The notes beneath the pieces were generated by a model. The model had not been told where the DNA came from, made no database searches, and saw nothing but the letters and a program-made list of their open reading frames with translations. A stretch of 53,239 nt of DNA, taken from positions 1 to 53,239 of the IMG/VR virus record IMGVR_UViG_3300032360_000010; one strand, written 5' to 3'. This DNA is from a virus (taxonomy: Duplodnaviria; Caudoviricetes). Positions 38,189-46,803 of this stretch are shown here, in pieces; the first letter of the stretch is position 1, and each line of letters starts with the position of its first letter. The position numbers and the translations under genes are program-made.

Positions 38189-39164
38189 ACATATCGGCTT
38201 CAAGGAAATTCATGGGGTTTACGACATCCCGGTGCGTTCTATCCGCGGCGAAGAAGAGATGTTGGAACAGTTCAGGGGCAAGGTCACGCTGTTTTTACCC
38301 GTAGCGACTAAGTGTGGGTATGTGGCATCGACGGATCAACGGATGTCGATGCAACGGACACATAAGAAGTTTCGGGATCTTCAGACCCTTCATGAAGAAT
38401 ATGAAGAGAGGGGTTTTTCTGTTGTGGCGATGCCAACAAATCAGTTGGGAGAACAGGAGCCTTGTGAAGATGAGGAAATCGCAGCCTTCATAGAATCCGA
38501 ATATCCTTATGTGACTTTTGCTTTCACGCAAAAACTGAATATCAATCCCACCGGGCTGGGTGACTCTCTGGTTTCGGAACATCCACTTGCTATGTATTTG
38601 AAGGGATATGAAATTAGGGCTTTCAACGACTATGGCCCGTTGTCTCAAAGTCCGGAAACGGGTAATGAATGGGTGGAGGGAAAGCCACATCACTTTGAAG
38701 GTGGTGCTGCTCAAGAAGTATCAGGGCTGTATGAGAAGTTTGTTTTTGATCGTGATGGGTTAGTAGAAACTCGTTTCAACTTTGCTCAAGAGCCGCTGAT
38801 GGATAAGTCTATTCATCGGGGTGGCAGGTGGACTGTTCGTGAAGCAGTGGACTTTATTCTTAGCCAGCCGCGACGGCCAAAGCATGTGGGCCATGAATGG
38901 CACTATTCCACTGTTGGCCCTGTGCCCGATTCCATTATGCCCGTTGATAGGCCGTTTGATTGGAAGGGTTTATTTATACGAGGCATGGACCGTTATTCAG
39001 ATGAAAGTCCTCCGCCATCCGACCTGTTAGCACAGCACGCTATTGATGTTGTTTATGCTTCTATTAATCATTTGAAAAATAATGATGAACGTAAACAATT
39101 AGTAGTAGATGTTATTGATCGCTTACAAACATTAGTTAATGCAGGAAAGTGTGATATCGAATAA
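38181..39164 (+). CDS. Glutathione peroxidase-like protein with C-terminal extension
   Basis: GKVTLFLPVATKCG, GFSVVAMPTNQLGEQEP, YEKFVFDRDG. Confidence 0.82.
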   Translation: MDEHIGFKEIHGVYDIPVRSIRGEEEMLEQFRGKVTLFLPVATKCGYVASTDQRMSMQRTHKKFRDLQTLHEEYEERGFSVVAMPTNQLGEQEPCEDEEIAAFIESEYPYVTFAFTQKLNINPTGLGDSLVSEHPLAMYLKGYEIRAFNDYGPLSQSPETGNEWVEGKPHHFEGGAAQEVSGLYEKFVFDRDGLVETRFNFAQEPLMDKSIHRGGRWTVREAVDFILSQPRRPKHVGHEWHYSTVGPVPDSIMPVDRPFDWKGLFIRGMDRYSDESPPPSDLLAQHAIDVVYASINHLKNNDERKQLVVDVIDRLQTLVNAGKCDIE

Positions 39165-40030
39165 TGGAACACTTTCCTAATGGGGTGTCGGTTTCTCGTA
39201 AAGCCATAGAGATACCCGACTGGATTATCGAAGAACTGTTAGACATGCGTCAAGCAATGTGGGACTTGCATTGGAGCATCAAGGATGATGTGGCGACTCA
39301 TGTGGACAGCGGGGTGGAGTACACGCTAGAGAATCAGAAGCAGTGGCCGACGATAGTCCACCCCCACTTTCCCGATCCTCCACGAAGCGATGAATTCAGA
39401 GACTGGTGGGTTGACACCGAACACCAGATATATGGAGTGGTATTGAAGTATTTGGAAAAATATCCACTGTTGATGCATTCCTTATGGTGGCGGGACAAGG
39501 GACACGGTCTGATTTATGAACCCGGTGCAAGGCTGACGCTGCATCAGGACAACAATGTTGGTTACACATGGGCTGGCAGGGAGCGAATTCTTGGACGATC
39601 TGAAATCTCTACGCGTAACGTATTAACGACCACGCTGCATGTCGATGATTGCGAAGGCGGGGACATGCATTTTCCTTATGCTGGTGTGACTATTCCTCCG
39701 GAAAAGGGTGATGTTCTTTTGTTTCCGGCCAACTATCTGGGGGCACATGAGGTGACTCCGGTCAAAGAGGGTAGTCGCAGAATTTCTTACTTGGGTTGGT
39801 TCGGGCAAGGATCAACATTGCCTTTGTCTAGTCCCAAGGGAGAACATGAAGTAGAGATTTTGGAAATCTTTGATCCCGCTGAAGTACCGGATGCCAATTT
39901 CCACTGGCAGACAAGTATCGAAAAGGATTTTTTGGAATCCAGTGGGTGGACTGAAAAGAAAATGAGGGAAGAATACGAGACGTTTTATTCTCAGGAGGCC
40001 GCTCTCTACTGGCCGAAAGAAAATAGATGA
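39164..40030 (+). CDS. 2OG-Fe(II) oxygenase (WW/QG subfamily)
   Basis: LWWRDKGH...HQD...EGGDMHFP...FPANYLGAHEVTPV...RISYLGWFGQG. Confidence 0.88.
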   Translation: MEHFPNGVSVSRKAIEIPDWIIEELLDMRQAMWDLHWSIKDDVATHVDSGVEYTLENQKQWPTIVHPHFPDPPRSDEFRDWWVDTEHQIYGVVLKYLEKYPLLMHSLWWRDKGHGLIYEPGARLTLHQDNNVGYTWAGRERILGRSEISTRNVLTTTLHVDDCEGGDMHFPYAGVTIPPEKGDVLLFPANYLGAHEVTPVKEGSRRISYLGWFGQGSTLPLSSPKGEHEVEILEIFDPAEVPDANFHWQTSIEKDFLESSGWTEKKMREEYETFYSQEAALYWPKENR

Positions 40031-40830
40031 GTTTAGAAGAAACCCATTTGGGCGGTGGGGTAGTTTTATATGAAAATGTCTTTGAGTTGGATTGGACATG
40101 GATGCGGTCGTTCTGTTATGAGACAACACACAAAGAACGTGCAGCAATGTATGAACCGGGTATTGATCCGATCACCGGAGAAGAAGGATTCATCAACAAG
40201 AGTGGCTATTTTTTCGGCAAGGATGCCGTTGACAGAATGCCATGGAGGGGTTCGGCCACTCATCGGGACACACGGTCTGAAGTAATCGAAGTCTTAGACA
40301 GTATTGAAAAGGCCCGAGACCTGTGTCTGTGGTATTACCTGCATCAGTTCCCACTAGTCGGCAAATGTATTTGGTGGAAGATTAAGAGTCACCTAGTGGC
40401 ATACCCTCCGGGGGTATATCTGGGGATGCATTCAGATATCAGTACAGATTATGAATACGGCAGACCGGAACCGATAGATCAGTTGGCAACGAGGAATGTT
40501 GTTTCGGTTGTTGCATATTTGAATGATTGCGTAGATACCGAAGAGGAATTAGACGGAACGAACTTTACCGATGGCCACCACAACTTTGCCTATTTGGACA
40601 TCTCCTACAAGCCCAAGAAGGGGGACATGCTGTTCTTTCCTTCCAACTACATGGCGGCTCATGAGGTACAACCTGTTGGGAAGGGTATTCGCTATACTTA
40701 TTTGGGTTGGTATTGTCAAGGCACGCCCAATCCGGCAGTGCGTGAAGCGGTAGTAGATCCACAAAAGGATCCCGAGTTGGCTAAGACGGCCACAAACGTC
40801 TACATGGAAGATGGATACAAACTCCCTTAA
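40027..40830 (+). CDS. 2OG-Fe(II) oxygenase (WW/QG subfamily)
   Basis: IWWKIKSH...HSD...FPSNYMAAHEVQPV..GIRYTYLGWYCQG. Confidence 0.88.
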   Translation: MSLEETHLGGGVVLYENVFELDWTWMRSFCYETTHKERAAMYEPGIDPITGEEGFINKSGYFFGKDAVDRMPWRGSATHRDTRSEVIEVLDSIEKARDLCLWYYLHQFPLVGKCIWWKIKSHLVAYPPGVYLGMHSDISTDYEYGRPEPIDQLATRNVVSVVAYLNDCVDTEEELDGTNFTDGHHNFAYLDISYKPKKGDMLFFPSNYMAAHEVQPVGKGIRYTYLGWYCQGTPNPAVREAVVDPQKDPELAKTATNVYMEDGYKLP

Positions 40831-41482
40831 AATTGGAATAACACATCCGGGTCAAATGGGTTCTAGTGTCGGTGCCGTCTTGGTCGAAGCAGGTCATGAT
40901 GTCATGTGGGCATCTGAGGGCCGGTCGAAAGAAACAACTCAAAGGGCTGTGGACGCTGGGTTCCGAGATGTCGAATCTTTTACTCAAATGTCTTCAGAAG
41001 CCGATGTGATCTTTTCGATTTGTATGCAGCCGGGATCATTAGAGATTTTTAAGAAAGCCGTTGAAGAAGGCTTTACCGGCATTTTTGTAGATGCCAACTT
41101 TGTCAATGATCATTTTGTGCCTGAATTCAATCAGATGGGGGCCGATGCAGACTTCCCCTTTGTGGATGGCGCTATTTATGGTTACCCAATCCCCGGCCCA
41201 TACGGCTTTACGTCGGAGCGGACGTTCTATCTCCACGGAGATAATGCACAGTTGATAGCAGATTTGTTTGAAGGAACCCCATTTGACGCAATGGTTCTAG
41301 ATGAATCGGCAAAAGTTTTCCGAGCGCGTCGAATGGCAGGAGAATCGCCAGATCCGGGGGAACTTGAGCAACTGAAAGAGGGTGGGTGGATCGGTCCCCG
41401 CGTCGATACCGATCTCAGACAAGACGGGATTGAATGGGTTCCGGATACTGATCAGGACACCGATGCAGCAGAATCTGACTAA
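40811..41482 (+). CDS. NAD(P)-binding oxidoreductase (6PGD/HIBADH-type Rossmann domain)
   Basis: IGITHPGQMGSSVG...GHDVMW...RS...ADVIFSIC...FVDAN. Confidence 0.75.
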   Translation: MDTNSLKIGITHPGQMGSSVGAVLVEAGHDVMWASEGRSKETTQRAVDAGFRDVESFTQMSSEADVIFSICMQPGSLEIFKKAVEEGFTGIFVDANFVNDHFVPEFNQMGADADFPFVDGAIYGYPIPGPYGFTSERTFYLHGDNAQLIADLFEGTPFDAMVLDESAKVFRARRMAGESPDPGELEQLKEGGWIGPRVDTDLRQDGIEWVPDTDQDTDAAESD

Positions 41483-42170
41483 CGGAATCGTTACGTTTAA
41501 TAGTTACCTAGAAATAGATCAAGAGTTTCTTTTAGAATGGGTTGACCGGCGGCGAGAAAACGAACCCGACGATTACACAGTAGACGAGGATGGGAACTAC
41601 ATTAATCGTGGCGGGTACAAGTTCACCCCAGAGCAGTACCGCAGCGCACCGGGAAGATTTCTAAACCTTTTGCCTGATGGTGTTACACAAGAAGACAAAG
41701 AGTTTGTCAAATCATTAGACACAGCCATCTACGATTGTTTGCTTGAATATCTAAAAATATATCCCGAAGCAGCAAGTTCGATTTGGTGGAGGTCACCCGG
41801 CCATGTCGCCACCTACAAGGACGGCCAGCACATGGGTAGTCACCACGACAACGGCGTAGAATACACGCCGGGTTCGACACCTGAGAATGAACATGCGATA
41901 CACAATGTGATAACAGGATCGGTAATTTTAAACAATGATTATCGGGGAGGGCAATTGACATTTTCCCGTGGGGAAATTTCTTTGCGTCCACCGGCAGGAA
42001 CTGTGGTTCTTTATCCTTCTAACTACATAGGCGCACATGCTGTAGTGCCTGTAACGGAAGGAACCCGTTATTCATATTTACAGTTTTTCGGTCAGGGAAC
42101 TCCACTGAATATTGAAAACGCCGCCGAATGGTTCCCTAATTTGCTATCCGATGTCCTCTTTTCAAATTGA
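41463..42170 (+). CDS. 2OG-Fe(II) oxygenase (WW/QG subfamily)
   Basis: IWWRSPGH...HHD...LNNDYRGG...YPSNYIGAHAVVPVTEGTRYSYLQFFGQG; start set at ATG 41463. Confidence 0.88.
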   Translation: MQQNLTNGIVTFNSYLEIDQEFLLEWVDRRRENEPDDYTVDEDGNYINRGGYKFTPEQYRSAPGRFLNLLPDGVTQEDKEFVKSLDTAIYDCLLEYLKIYPEAASSIWWRSPGHVATYKDGQHMGSHHDNGVEYTPGSTPENEHAIHNVITGSVILNNDYRGGQLTFSRGEISLRPPAGTVVLYPSNYIGAHAVVPVTEGTRYSYLQFFGQGTPLNIENAAEWFPNLLSDVLFSN

Positions 42171-43164
42171 TATCGACCACATCCCCATGGTCATAAGCCT
42201 GCTTTAAACCTTCTTTTCCTTCTAAGGTTCGGTTTTGGTAAACCGGATTGGTCCTGTCGGTTGTCGTTCGGTCGGTACCGCTTTCCGCATACTTGACGTA
42301 TTTGGCGTAGTCGTCGTAAATGTTGTTTAACCAGTGGGGGGGACACCATGTTTCGATGTCTTCGGGTTCCACAACTTGAATCATTACTTCCGGTTGAGGA
42401 CTACCTTGAGAAAAGAATTCTAGATAGGTGTATCGTTCTCCTGCGGTGACAGTATTGACCCCGTGAGTTCCATAAAAGTTTGCCGGGAAGATAAGGACAT
42501 CACCAGTTTTTCCTTGAAAGTTGATATCCAAATACGGGAAGTGCATTTCTCCACCCGTGTAATTAGTCCCGTCTAGTTGCTCTGCCGATTCCACACCGTC
42601 ATTGAGATAGAGCAGAACAGCCACAGTTTGGCGTGAAGCCGCCTGTCCCTGTGGGATGTATTTTTGTCCATCAGTGGCCCGAAAATTTGTATCGTTATCG
42701 TTGTGAACGCCAAGGAAGTTGCCTTCTTCGTAACGGAGGATGTGTCCCCTGTTACGCCACCAGAGGGTACCTAAAACCATTGGGAAAAAATCCACATAAC
42801 GAATAAGACATTTGTAGATCATGTTCTCCCAATATTTGAGAACTTCAACAATTGTTAATGGAGTAGACGGTGTTACCGGGTCTAAAACTCTAGTGGGAAC
42901 GAGTTTGACTTGTTCAAGATCAAATTTGTTCAAGTCTTCGTTCAGGGCATAGGTAACCCCGTTGTCGTCAGTTTCGTAAGTCCAACGCTGTTCATGAGAC
43001 AGTTTGGCCTCAGCGTCGATCCATGAGAACATGAATTTCGGTATGGTGACCGCTCCGCTGAATCGGACTACGCCGCCGCCGATATGTTCAGCGTCGTAAG
43101 AACTAATTTCTTTTAGGGCATCCTCCGTTATTTCAGGGGTAGACGCATCGAACAAAGAGTTCAT
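42136..43164 (-). CDS. 2OG-Fe(II) oxygenase (WW/QG subfamily)
   Basis: LWWRNRGH...HND...YTGGEMHFP...GTHGVNTVTAGERYTYLEFFSQG; start at 43164 via ATGA overlap. Confidence 0.88.
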   Translation of the reverse strand: MNSLFDASTPEITEDALKEISSYDAEHIGGGVVRFSGAVTIPKFMFSWIDAEAKLSHEQRWTYETDDNGVTYALNEDLNKFDLEQVKLVPTRVLDPVTPSTPLTIVEVLKYWENMIYKCLIRYVDFFPMVLGTLWWRNRGHILRYEEGNFLGVHNDNDTNFRATDGQKYIPQGQAASRQTVAVLLYLNDGVESAEQLDGTNYTGGEMHFPYLDINFQGKTGDVLIFPANFYGTHGVNTVTAGERYTYLEFFSQGSPQPEVMIQVVEPEDIETWCPPHWLNNIYDDYAKYVKYAESGTDRTTTDRTNPVYQNRTLEGKEGLKQAYDHGDVVDINLKRGHRIAN

Positions 43165-43766
43165 GCGTGTTGTTTCCCCGGTTCCCCACAGCACCGATGG
43201 TCCAATTGTGGACCTTCTAGCATCGGAACGTGACAGGGACATCCACAAACTAGGTGCTGGCCATTGCTGGTTGGGTCGTTTTCAGCCAGTCGATTCGCCC
43301 ATCTTTTCGACATGGGCTTGTCTTTTACATCGTTGAGCCATTTGCCGACATCACCCGTTGCCTCTTCCGGTGTCTCCTCCATGTCCCAATCAGGAATCCG
43401 CGTGATGATGTGGTAGTCGCCTTCTTCGGTAATAGTAAATCCTAAGCGGGAATACATATTAATCAGCCCTTCGGCGTTAGGGCGCTTTTTGGAAACATAG
43501 GATCTGAGTGTTAATCCCTCAGCGTTCATTTCTCCGCCAATCACAACGATGCGAAGACGGTCCTGCTCTAGTAGCGATTCTGCCCCCACATCCGCTGGAC
43601 GATCAGAAATGATCCAATGAAGTTCAACAATATTTGGATCTTCTTTGGCTACCACATGGAGGTCTAAAAGGTTTAGTTCTTCGACATGACAAGTGTCGTC
43701 AGGGTTGTCCTTGTCATAGGGAACTAGATCAACGCGTTGTGCGTCAAGGATTTCTGTCCATGTCAT
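43161..43766 (-). CDS. Hypothetical protein, possibly GNAT-fold, with Cys/His-rich C-terminus
   Basis: LRSYV...NAEGLINMYSRLGF resembles GNAT motif B; ends HLVCGCPCH...HRCC; ATGA-coupled on both sides. ORF is solid, function weak. Confidence 0.45.
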   Translation of the reverse strand: MTWTEILDAQRVDLVPYDKDNPDDTCHVEELNLLDLHVVAKEDPNIVELHWIISDRPADVGAESLLEQDRLRIVVIGGEMNAEGLTLRSYVSKKRPNAEGLINMYSRLGFTITEEGDYHIITRIPDWDMEETPEEATGDVGKWLNDVKDKPMSKRWANRLAENDPTSNGQHLVCGCPCHVPMLEGPQLDHRCCGEPGKQHA

Positions 43767-44725
43767 GTTAATGCTCCTGCCGGATGTGGCAGCAGCGGAC
43801 CTTCAGGGTGTCCTTCTAGCGGCCTTTTTTGTTGGATGGGATTTAAGAGACCTTGCGTGTGGGCGGATACGGAGTATCCAGAATTGTAATAGGTTTCGTA
43901 ATCTTGGAAGATCCACGGTAAATAAACGGGAGAAACCCAAGGAGCGGCTTCGTTTGCTTCAAAGATTTGAACTACTTCATCTCCGCCTTGTCCAAAATTG
44001 GACAGATAGACGTATCTTTCTCCGGAAGTGATGCGACGGACACCGTGTGTTCCAACATAATTTTGGGGGAAGAAGAGAAGGTCGCCGGTAACTGGTTTGT
44101 ATTCAACATCGGCGTAGGGGAAGTACATTTCTCCCCCTTCGTATTCGTCGTTCAAATAGACGATGCAGGCTAAAACTTGATAGATGGCTTGCGGTCTGGG
44201 AGTTAAATATCGCTGACCGTCTATAACGCGAAAGTTGGTGTCGTTATCGTTGTGTTCCCCAAGGATACCGTTGGAACTGTACTTAAGAATGTGACCACGG
44301 TTTTTCCACCAAAGGGTATTCAAAATCATTGGATGCATGTCGATGTATCTAATAAGAGATTTGTATATGACTTCTTCACAGGATTGGAAGAAATCAGCAA
44401 CCGGTTCAGGAGTGTCGTCCTGTACGGGCATGTTGTCCGCATCAGACCCTAAACGGAGTGCCTGTTCGGACAGCATTTCTAAGCCGCCTTCGACTACGTT
44501 GCCCAAAAAGTCTTCGGCCCAACGATCTCCGTTTTCTTCTATAACTTTGATACCGCAATCAGCAAATGTAACCCGTTCGTCCAAATAAGGAAGAACCGAT
44601 TTTTGATCAACATCAATGGCGTTTTTGAACAAGACAATGCCACTGCCATAGTTGTGCAGTTCAAGATCAGAGATAGATTGACAGTCGGAACCGTCAATCA
44701 TCGGCATTTCAAATACGGAACCCAT
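43763..44725 (-). CDS. 2OG-Fe(II) oxygenase (WW/QG subfamily)
   Basis: LWWKNRGH...HND...YLNDEYEGGEMYFP...GTHGVRRITSGERYVYLSNFGQG. Confidence 0.88.
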   Translation of the reverse strand: MGSVFEMPMIDGSDCQSISDLELHNYGSGIVLFKNAIDVDQKSVLPYLDERVTFADCGIKVIEENGDRWAEDFLGNVVEGGLEMLSEQALRLGSDADNMPVQDDTPEPVADFFQSCEEVIYKSLIRYIDMHPMILNTLWWKNRGHILKYSSNGILGEHNDNDTNFRVIDGQRYLTPRPQAIYQVLACIVYLNDEYEGGEMYFPYADVEYKPVTGDLLFFPQNYVGTHGVRRITSGERYVYLSNFGQGGDEVVQIFEANEAAPWVSPVYLPWIFQDYETYYNSGYSVSAHTQGLLNPIQQKRPLEGHPEGPLLPHPAGALT

Positions 44726-44731
44726 CAATCC

Positions 44732-44740
44732 AGATTATCA
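44732..44740 (-). promoter_or_regulatory. Extended -10 TGaTAATCT, leaderless configuration
   Basis: Hexamer ends 6 nt before ATG 44725; no Shine-Dalgarno seen. Confidence 0.5.
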
Positions 44741-44752
44741 GTAAAGGACTCG

Positions 44753-44998
44753 TTACGAGGGTACGGCGTCACGTTCTGTTTTTAGATTAGTGAGTCGGGT
44801 GCAAACATCTTCCAGTTTGTGTTCCAACACATAATCGTCGGTTGGGGTCGCAGCGGGTGCGGTATAAGAAGCAGATAGGTCGTCGGGGTCGGTGCCAATC
44901 GTCCATGACAGTCTGCGAACCTGTGACTCTACGTCAGCAATGGCTTGCTCAAGCAGACTTCGCTTTTCTGAATTTGAGAGCGTTGTTTCAAAATCCAT
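44753..44998 (-). CDS. Small helical protein, paralog family A
   Basis: MDF...IAD.E....RLSW.IG.DPDDL.A.Y.APA...LED shared with 46540..46767. Confidence 0.75.
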   Translation of the reverse strand: MDFETTLSNSEKRSLLEQAIADVESQVRRLSWTIGTDPDDLSASYTAPAATPTDDYVLEHKLEDVCTRLTNLKTERDAVPS

Positions 44999-45006
44999 GA
45001 TTATCC

Positions 45007-45756
45007 CTACGACGTTCTTTTGCAGACAGTTACGCCATGTTCCATCGGTATATGATAGACGGTGAAGTCGGTTTTTGCGGCAAGATGTTTAGCGAATCGT
45101 GTATAAAAACTAGTATGTGTCTGGGATAGTCCATTAGCGTAAATGGATGTCCATTCGCTAGACTCAAACCAAATCATTACACCGCCAACTTTGAGTGTGT
45201 CCAAATAGGCATCTAGAAGTTTTGTATTTGGGCCAAAGAACCCTATGGGAGTGCTTCGCACAACGTCGTAAGTTCCGGCCAAAGATCCGTCAAGGATGTC
45301 CTGTTCGTCTACTGCTGAATATCGTGCGTCGGGATAGTTCGCTGCCACGGCTGGTTGTGTGAGAGCGAACTGTTCAAAGTGGTGAAGATTCCAATTGTTT
45401 ACAAATGTGTACTCTCGTCCTGTGTTCTCAAGGTCATCGAACAGTGTGACAAGGGGAACGAAAATGGGAGTAAGTATTTTGAGAGTCCCCCCGGTGTCCA
45501 GCATGTCCACGACCATGCTTTCAGTCGTGTAGGCGATCCACATCATCGCAGCCCAATTCGGATCAGGGTTTTGGTAAGTCTCATACTGGATGAGTGCGTA
45601 ATCGTCAGAGATGGCGATACTTCTGCGGTCCATACTGATTGCGTCATAATGTGCAAGTACGGAAGTTGCGTAGTCGCTAACCATGTCTGTATCAATATTA
45701 GGGCTATTGGAAAATTCTTGAGCGATGCGACCGGTTTCAAACCAATGACTAGACAT
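45007..45756 (-). CDS. Class I SAM-dependent methyltransferase-like protein
   Basis: GTYDVV...LLDAYLDTLKVGGVMIW C-terminal motifs; motif I not evident. Confidence 0.5.
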   Translation of the reverse strand: MSSHWFETGRIAQEFSNSPNIDTDMVSDYATSVLAHYDAISMDRRSIAISDDYALIQYETYQNPDPNWAAMMWIAYTTESMVVDMLDTGGTLKILTPIFVPLVTLFDDLENTGREYTFVNNWNLHHFEQFALTQPAVAANYPDARYSAVDEQDILDGSLAGTYDVVRSTPIGFFGPNTKLLDAYLDTLKVGGVMIWFESSEWTSIYANGLSQTHTSFYTRFAKHLAAKTDFTVYHIPMEHGVTVCKRTS

Positions 45757-46058
45757 TACGCTGCCTCTGCTATTTGACGTTGGCGATGTGCCCGACGAGC
45801 GAGTTGAAGCAAAAGAGATCGTTCAGTTTCAAGATACGAATTTGCGGCAGTGTCGATCGCTAGTGTTCTGGCGTTGTCGCCGCCAGTGTAGTTGTCACGA
45901 ATGCCATTGATAATGTCGTCAAAAGTTATAGTGGCTTCGTCCTCCCAATCCAAACCAATAATAAACATGAGGACAGCCAAGTTGAATTCAGTAGCGCTCA
46001 GATGTTTCGCGGGGTCGTAAAGGGATCCTGCTTCTTCCCAACTGTTTCGTAAAGCCAT
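45756..46058 (-). CDS. Small hypothetical protein, possibly distant family A member
   Basis: 100 aa; LAVLMFIIGLDWEDE resembles the LSW.LG.DPDD core; TAATG coupling. Confidence 0.6.
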   Translation of the reverse strand: MALRNSWEEAGSLYDPAKHLSATEFNLAVLMFIIGLDWEDEATITFDDIINGIRDNYTGGDNARTLAIDTAANSYLETERSLLLQLARRAHRQRQIAEAA

Positions 46059-46072
46059 AATTATTCTTTCGA

Positions 46073-46321
46073 CTAAACGTTGGTACTCTCAGTGTTTCTG
46101 TGACAAAACATGGTGTATTGATCTGATACAAATTCAGTAGCGTTTAATACATTATTCCAACGTGGGATGTCATCATCCCGATTTATTTCAGTTTCAAAAG
46201 CCTGATCGCTTCCGGGCATATCGTCACGATGGCTGGTTTCGGCAACAGCCCGATTTTTACTTTTTGCAAGGGCAACCTGAGAGACTTCTGGTACGAACAT
46301 TCGCGGTTCTGGATAACTCAT
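46073..46321 (-). CDS. Small hypothetical protein
   Basis: Start reassigned to ATG 46321 (ATGA overlap with the upstream stop). Confidence 0.55.
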   Translation of the reverse strand: MSYPEPRMFVPEVSQVALAKSKNRAVAETSHRDDMPGSDQAFETEINRDDDIPRWNNVLNATEFVSDQYTMFCHRNTESTNV

Positions 46322-46527
46322 GCCAATGCCTCCAAAGCAGCAGCCTGTTTCTTGAGGCAATCATATGCCTCATAGTTGGTATGGTCTGATGCGACAGGGA
46401 TTACTAAAGAACTAGAGATTTCGTCTGATGTGACACCCAACGCAAGTGCGAGTGCTTGGGTGGAATATTCTAAGAATTTTTTAGCGTCTGCCTTTGCGGC
46501 GGTTACTTCTGCTTCTGTTAAAGCCAT
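46318..46527 (-). CDS. Small helical protein, possibly distant family A member
   Basis: MALTEAEV...LALALGVTSDEI...LKKQAAALEAL; same size and layout as its neighbours. Confidence 0.65.
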   Translation of the reverse strand: MALTEAEVTAAKADAKKFLEYSTQALALALGVTSDEISSSLVIPVASDHTNYEAYDCLKKQAAALEALA

Positions 46528-46539
46528 TCGATCCAACCC

Positions 46540-46767
46540 CTATAATGCTGCGAGCGCTGCTTTCACGGTGGCGAGACTAGTAAGTGTGTCTTCTAGTCGT
46601 GTTTCTGCTGTTTCCGGATCAGCGGGAGCGGCGTAGTCCGCTGCAAGGTCGTCGGGGTCGATACCCAAAGCCCAAGACAAGCGATAAATTTCCCCCTCTT
46701 TATCAGCGATAACCGCATTCAATGCAGTGGTTTTTGTTGCTGTTGTCATAATGCTACTGAAATCCAT
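46540..46767 (-). CDS. Small helical protein, paralog family A
   Basis: Start MDFSS at 46767 with GAGGT upstream; clear similarity to 44753..44998. Confidence 0.75.
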   Translation of the reverse strand: MDFSSIMTTATKTTALNAVIADKEGEIYRLSWALGIDPDDLAADYAAPADPETAETRLEDTLTSLATVKAALAAL

Positions 46768-46803
46768 AGAAGAAACCTCTTTTGTAGATACGGCTCTAGT
46801 CGG

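Noticed and set aside
32349-39164. Selenocysteine in the GPx-like genes
   Set aside because: Both active-site codons are TGT (Cys); no in-frame TGA.
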